Below, piece after piece: positions 60,701 to 64,000 of a stretch of DNA of 64,000 nucleotides. Position numbers and translations under genes: made by a program. The stretch comes from Phoronis australis (lineage: Eukaryota > Animalia > Phoronida): assembly GCA_002633005.1 (NCBI GenBank), contig NMRA01000242.1:1-64000 (forward strand), given 5' to 3'. The notes beneath the pieces were generated by a model. It did not search any database and was not told the origin of the DNA. It saw only the letters and a program-made list of their open reading frames with translations. Every line of letters begins with the position of its first letter. Within the stretch, counting starts at the first letter, position 1.

Positions 60701-62638
60701 TGGTATTTGGACACACCGTAGCCTACAACGGTTCGGCAGGCCAGTAAGGTTCGTAGCAAGAGTTTGGGGTCTGTTCGGAGATAATTTCGAAGTATTTTCC
60801 GTGAGATACAGACAGGAGAACCTAGATCTGTGTTGTTTAGACTTGTGATTTTTTGAGTTCTAAACACAAAACGCTTGTTAGCCTGGCCAGTGGCTCAGAG
60901 CCCGATCAGGCCCATCGCGGCCGGCCGCCGGGATTGACTTGTTATTCCCGCCAGTGGCTCGGAAACTGATCAGACATCACGAACATAAACCAGCCGAAGT
61001 TCAGTGGAAACTAAACTTTCAGTCAAGAAAATACTATCCTGGTGAGCCAAAGTAATGTGCACCTGATTATGTTGGTGAATTAGCCACAAAACTGCTAATC
61101 TACTTACTCGTCGGAGGCCGCGAAGTCAGGTTCCGCTTTGGTCACGGCACCGTCAGGGCAGAAGTTGTACATTGACAATCATTATTTGAGTAATGTAAAT
61201 GTAAATAAAGATTCCCCTAACACCTGGCCGTGGGATGGAAATTGAGTTGTTTCACAAGAGTTTCTGCCAGCAAACACTAAATTAGCATGAGGTCACACGG
61301 CCTAGGTGTCCCGTCAGTTAGCTTTATTGCACCTAAAGCCGGCCGGGTAACGCAGTGATTTTTTTCAGTGCTGGCTTCTCAAATCATTTGCACTCACGAA
61401 CACTCCAAAGGCATTACAAATTGCATTTAATGAGACGGACTTTGTTTCAGTTTTATGTAAGTATTGGTTAGGGTGAGAATAGTTCATTTTGAAACAGAAC
61501 GCTAAGTAATAAACACCAACGATGGCAACTCGCAATCCCGACGTAGGACGAGCTAGAGCTCATCAGTCCCGACTTCGCAGGTGGATCGTTAAGTTTTACA
61601 GGCTATCAATGCGAACAGGAATACAGTGATGAAGAAATACTAGAGAGGCGCCGTGAACAAGCTCAGACAACGGAACGTATGGAGTTATTTGGTAAGCCGG
61701 CATTCATCAGGCACTGTCGATACGTGTGCAGGCCACAGACACGGAGATGTTTCACGGCCTCATACTTGCTATTTACAGCGTACATTTCATTCTTCACTAC
61801 CATGAGCCACTTCCTAAGCATTTCGGACTCTCGAGGAAGTAAAAAAAAAACGATATACCTGCTTTCCTCGCAGCTGCTTAGTTCGGACAAGCGGGAACGA
61901 TGCACCGCAACATAGCGGCATTCACTCTGCATATGAACCACTGACGTCGCTAGCGTCGTTTCTCTCCTTCCTCACAGGTTAATGCGACACCTCTTGGCAT
62001 GGTAAGGTCGACCGTATGCGAGGCGATGTGGATATAGACCGATTAAGACGGCAAAAAAGACTAATTAAATTGGGTGGCATTCTCCTTTAATACTGCTAAA
62101 TGAAAATAATTTCATATGCTTTGCTTTCTTGCTTTGTAAGGTTTGCTAGTACAATGGAATTGAACACCTCATAGACCTACATGTACACAGACAATTGTTA
62201 AGTCATACTTTGTAATGACTTTTTGCAATAGCACTGACTTACTGGTTACTTTGCGAATATTTAACAATTACGGTGGCCATTTGCTATTAGTTGTTCTTTG
62301 TTTTATTACTAGGTAATTGCACGCTAGTCAAACATATCATGGAAGGTAGTACTGGCTTTGTAATGACATTGTGTGGCTTCATTCATGCCTGTACTATCAT
62401 GCTGTTTCAAAGGCTGTGTGTTGATTTTCTCAACAGATTCACACATTCTGTCACACTGGTTTTATTTCAGGCTCAAAAAGCAGAAAATGTAGAGAAGTTA
62501 TCTCACTACAAGAACTTGACTGACTTGAACGTTTCCTTGACTGACTACCTGGTGGCAGCACAAGCAAGGCCAGAGAAGGTGATTCAGATAGTCACGGGAG
62601 ATAAGTCAGAGCCAAACATTCACCTTCACCAGAATTAG
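48713..62638 (+). CDS. Short major-vault-protein-like / SPFH (band-7 shoulder) coiled-coil protein (11 exons, 406 aa)
   Basis: Exons 48713-48757, 52459-52512, 53548-53654, 54638-54811, 55105-55216, 55558-55638, 56728-56765, 57649-57877, 58348-58469, 59873-59963, 62471-62638. All introns GT-AG, phases consistent, 1221 nt, Kozak-like atcaccATG, stop TAG. AISLDANEVLVVY...HGPTMFIPQANE resembles MVP repeats (AIPLDENEGIYV; FGPELVSLGPEE). IPDQFYYNVNTRTKDDTPIRVKLMIFY...DPIADFINCLGADV resembles the MVP shoulder ([25 protein letters not shown]...DFVGDACKAIASRV). A long E/K/Q/R-rich helical region follows. Confidence 0.88.
48849..50140. mobile_element. ~1.3-kb foldback element (long imperfect inverted repeat) in intron 1 of MVP-like gene
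   Basis: TAGGCAACACGTAG...CTACGTGTTGCCTA termini; arms ~48849-49430 and ~49570-50140 are reverse complements throughout. Confidence 0.85.
52459..52512 (+). CDS. MVP-like exon 2 (AIVYDREGRARVEEGPQR)
   Basis: cttttgccag acceptor, GTAAGT donor. Confidence 0.85.
52620..53000. repeat. Degenerate (AATAC)n microsatellite
   Basis: caatacaatacaatac runs. Confidence 0.75.
53548..53654 (+). CDS. MVP-like exon 3 (IFLWQEKF...SKHMPG)
   Basis: tttgtag acceptor, GTAAGT donor, phase 2. Confidence 0.87.
54638..54811 (+). CDS. MVP-like exon 4 (PCAMHQ...AISLDANEVLVVY...GPTMFIPQANE)
   Basis: tttgtag acceptor, GTAGGT donor, phase 2/2. Confidence 0.9.
55105..55216 (+). CDS. MVP-like exon 5 (LHEFVWHG...IPDQFYYN)
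   Basis: ttccttccttgaag acceptor, GTAAGT donor. Confidence 0.9.
55558..55638 (+). CDS. MVP-like exon 6 (VNTRTKDD...ENIELM)
   Basis: ccttctatag acceptor, GTGAGA donor, phase 0/0. Confidence 0.9.
56088..56160 (+). mobile_element. tRNA-derived SINE head (degenerate)
   Basis: A-box-like tgtgaactagtagg and B-box-like gagttcaagtctc. Confidence 0.35.
56728..56765 (+). CDS. MVP-like exon 7 (LDATEDPIADFI)
   Basis: ttttgttacag acceptor, GTAAGT donor, phase 2. Confidence 0.88.
57649..57877 (+). CDS. MVP-like exon 8 (CLGADVMGF...VVFRGY...RTKLKIA)
   Basis: tgattcag acceptor, GTAAGG donor; overlaps track ORF 57665-57919. Confidence 0.9.
57929..58060. repeat. 22-bp tandem repeat x6
   Basis: ttatctagtggtttattttgaa repeated. 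Confidence 0.95.
58171..58310. repeat. 37-bp tandem repeat x4
   Basis: gtcatggtgttggagatgtgtgttctgtattgttgaa variants just upstream of the exon 9 acceptor. Confidence 0.9.
58348..58469 (+). CDS. MVP-like exon 9 (coiled coil)
   Basis: tttgcag acceptor, GTATGT donor, phase 2. Confidence 0.88.
59873..59963 (+). CDS. MVP-like exon 10 (coiled coil)
   Basis: tgtctttaacag acceptor, GTAAGT donor. Confidence 0.87.
60150..60290. repeat. ~52-bp tandem repeat x3
   Basis: tattgactagttaatgact...caccaaagca repeated. Confidence 0.8.
60394..62086 (-). mobile_element. Kolobok-like non-autonomous DNA transposon with THAP remnant (intron 10 of MVP-like gene)
   Basis: TTAA TSDs (60390-60393, 62087-62090), TIR AGGAGCATGCCACCCAA / TTGGGTGGCATTCTCCT; minus ORF 61663-61941 has FFLLPRESEMLRKW...LRVCGLH (THAP-like). 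Confidence 0.78.
62471..62638 (+). CDS. MVP-like last exon (AQKAENV...PEKVIQIV...IHLHQN*)
   Basis: tttatttcag acceptor, TAG stop; AATAAA at 63888-63893 is a candidate polyA signal. Confidence 0.88.
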   Translation, partial: AQKAENVEKLSHYKNLTDLNVSLTDYLVAAQARPEKVIQIVTGDKSEPNIHLHQN

Positions 62639-63090
62639 TGTCTCATGCGTTTCTGTGATATTTGAATTTTGTCTAAATTCTAAAAATGTGTGAATCTTGA
62701 AGGTGATGAATGTGATTAATATGCAGTTTATGCCTGAAGATTTTATTGCTTTTTACATTCTAACAGTATTTATTTTGAGGCCTTGAGTATTTTATACACT
62801 GTTAAATGATGATTGTTTATGAATACATTGAGAGTCCGGTGCGACACACTTGTCTATTTCATTGTTATATGATTGACAGATTTTTGAAAATTTCTAAAAT
62901 GAAAATGTTGCAAGCTTTTACTGCAGCAGTATGTGCATATTGTGTGTTCCTAATCATTTAGCACTACGAAAGTTACGGTAGTAAAATAATTTTAATGTTG
63001 GAATAACTGTAGGAGGCTCTGGAATTATTTTCAAAAATAGTTTAATTTTTATGCAATTTTACTTTGACATGGACTTACCAATGTTTTAAT

Positions 63091-63200
63091 TTTCATGCTC
63101 CCACATATGCATATGTGATCGCACATTACCATCATCTCTGTCTGGGCATCCAGGCGTCCACTGCTGTATCTCCAAAGCCCATGAAGGATCTTCATGAAGG
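63091..63200 (+). mobile_element. 5' fragment of the HINE-like family
   Basis: atgctcccacatatgcatatgtg...catctctgtctgggcatccaggcgtccactgctgtatctcc matches the family 5' end. Confidence 0.55.
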
Positions 63201-64000
63201 TTAGCCTTTCCAGGCTGGGCTATTCAAAACCCTTAGGGGTAATGAAACAATTATCTCCTCAGCCAGGACTGTAAAGCCTTTGTCAAGCTGTGTTTACTTA
63301 CACAGGCCAACTATGACAGTTTCATGATTACGTGCAGGGTTCACAAAGAACTGCAGTCACTGACCTTGCACTTCAATTTAAAAATGCCTAGTGTGTGTAA
63401 AGGACACCCATGATATACAATCATTTGCAGAGTTCTAGGCGTTTACCCGGACTAGTTACCCCTTTCAATCCCAAAATAGGCAGATGACAACTTCTGTTAG
63501 TCAGATCCAGTTACCGCTGTGCCTGTCGTTGGAGTTCCGTGGTGGATTTTCACGAAATAACCAAATATGTGTTTATTAGGAGATGAAGACATCTCCCCGT
63601 TTTAAATTGGGTTCAGTGTGTTGTGCACCACCCAGTGCCCATTGTTATGATGCTCATAAACACCTCTTTGTGGTGCAGTCATGGGCGTATTTAATTAAGC
63701 ATTGGGCTATAGTATTTATAAATGATACTTTTATACCATGTGTTCCTACATTATTAGGATATCTGCTTTCCTTACATTGTGTGAATGTTTTTATGTTATC
63801 TGTATAAATACTTCATGAGTGTGCAAGTAAGGTATTCATTTTGTTATATTTCACTGTATTGTATCAAATTTCACTTATTTGTTGTGGAATAAAATGCTGA
63901 ATATCATTGGCAAGGGCTATGCTGCAGGGTTACAAGTATTTTCTTTTTATGCATCATATTAAAAACATACAACCAAGATGGGTTGTGGATTTTGCTGTCC

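Overview
AT-rich, repeat-dense eukaryotic (animal, probably marine invertebrate bilaterian) draft-assembly window with three N-gaps (6186-6321, 18234-18416, 46255-46718). The six-frame ORF track is mostly noise because the real genes are spliced. By reading splice sites and reading frames by hand I reconstructed two complete, phase-consistent, divergently oriented genes. (1) A minus-strand gene (CDS 41934->30751, 8 coding exons plus a probable 5' UTR exon, 321 aa) encodes a leaderless protein. It has a degenerate N-terminal PDZ-like domain, an acidic linker, a C-terminal IL-1/IL-18-like beta-trefoil (FFESFAHKGYFMAC) and a class I PDZ-binding C-terminus (ETSI*). Its introns match IL1B, including a 131-nt phase 1/phase 0 exon. 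(2) A plus-strand gene (CDS 48713->62638, 11 exons, 406 aa) encodes a shortened major-vault-protein-like protein with about 3 vault repeats, an SPFH/shoulder domain and a coiled coil. The window also holds a repeated module of an intronless SGNH hydrolase ORF plus a 92-93 bp palindrome-bearing tandem array (16.2-22.8 kb). Many transposon relics are present: Helentron/HINE-like elements carrying CTCF-like motifs, a 5-bp-TSD MITE family, ISL2EU-, Kolobok-, IS3EU-, hAT- and Penelope-like fragments, foldbacks and minisatellites. All family assignments come from remembered motifs, not database searches.
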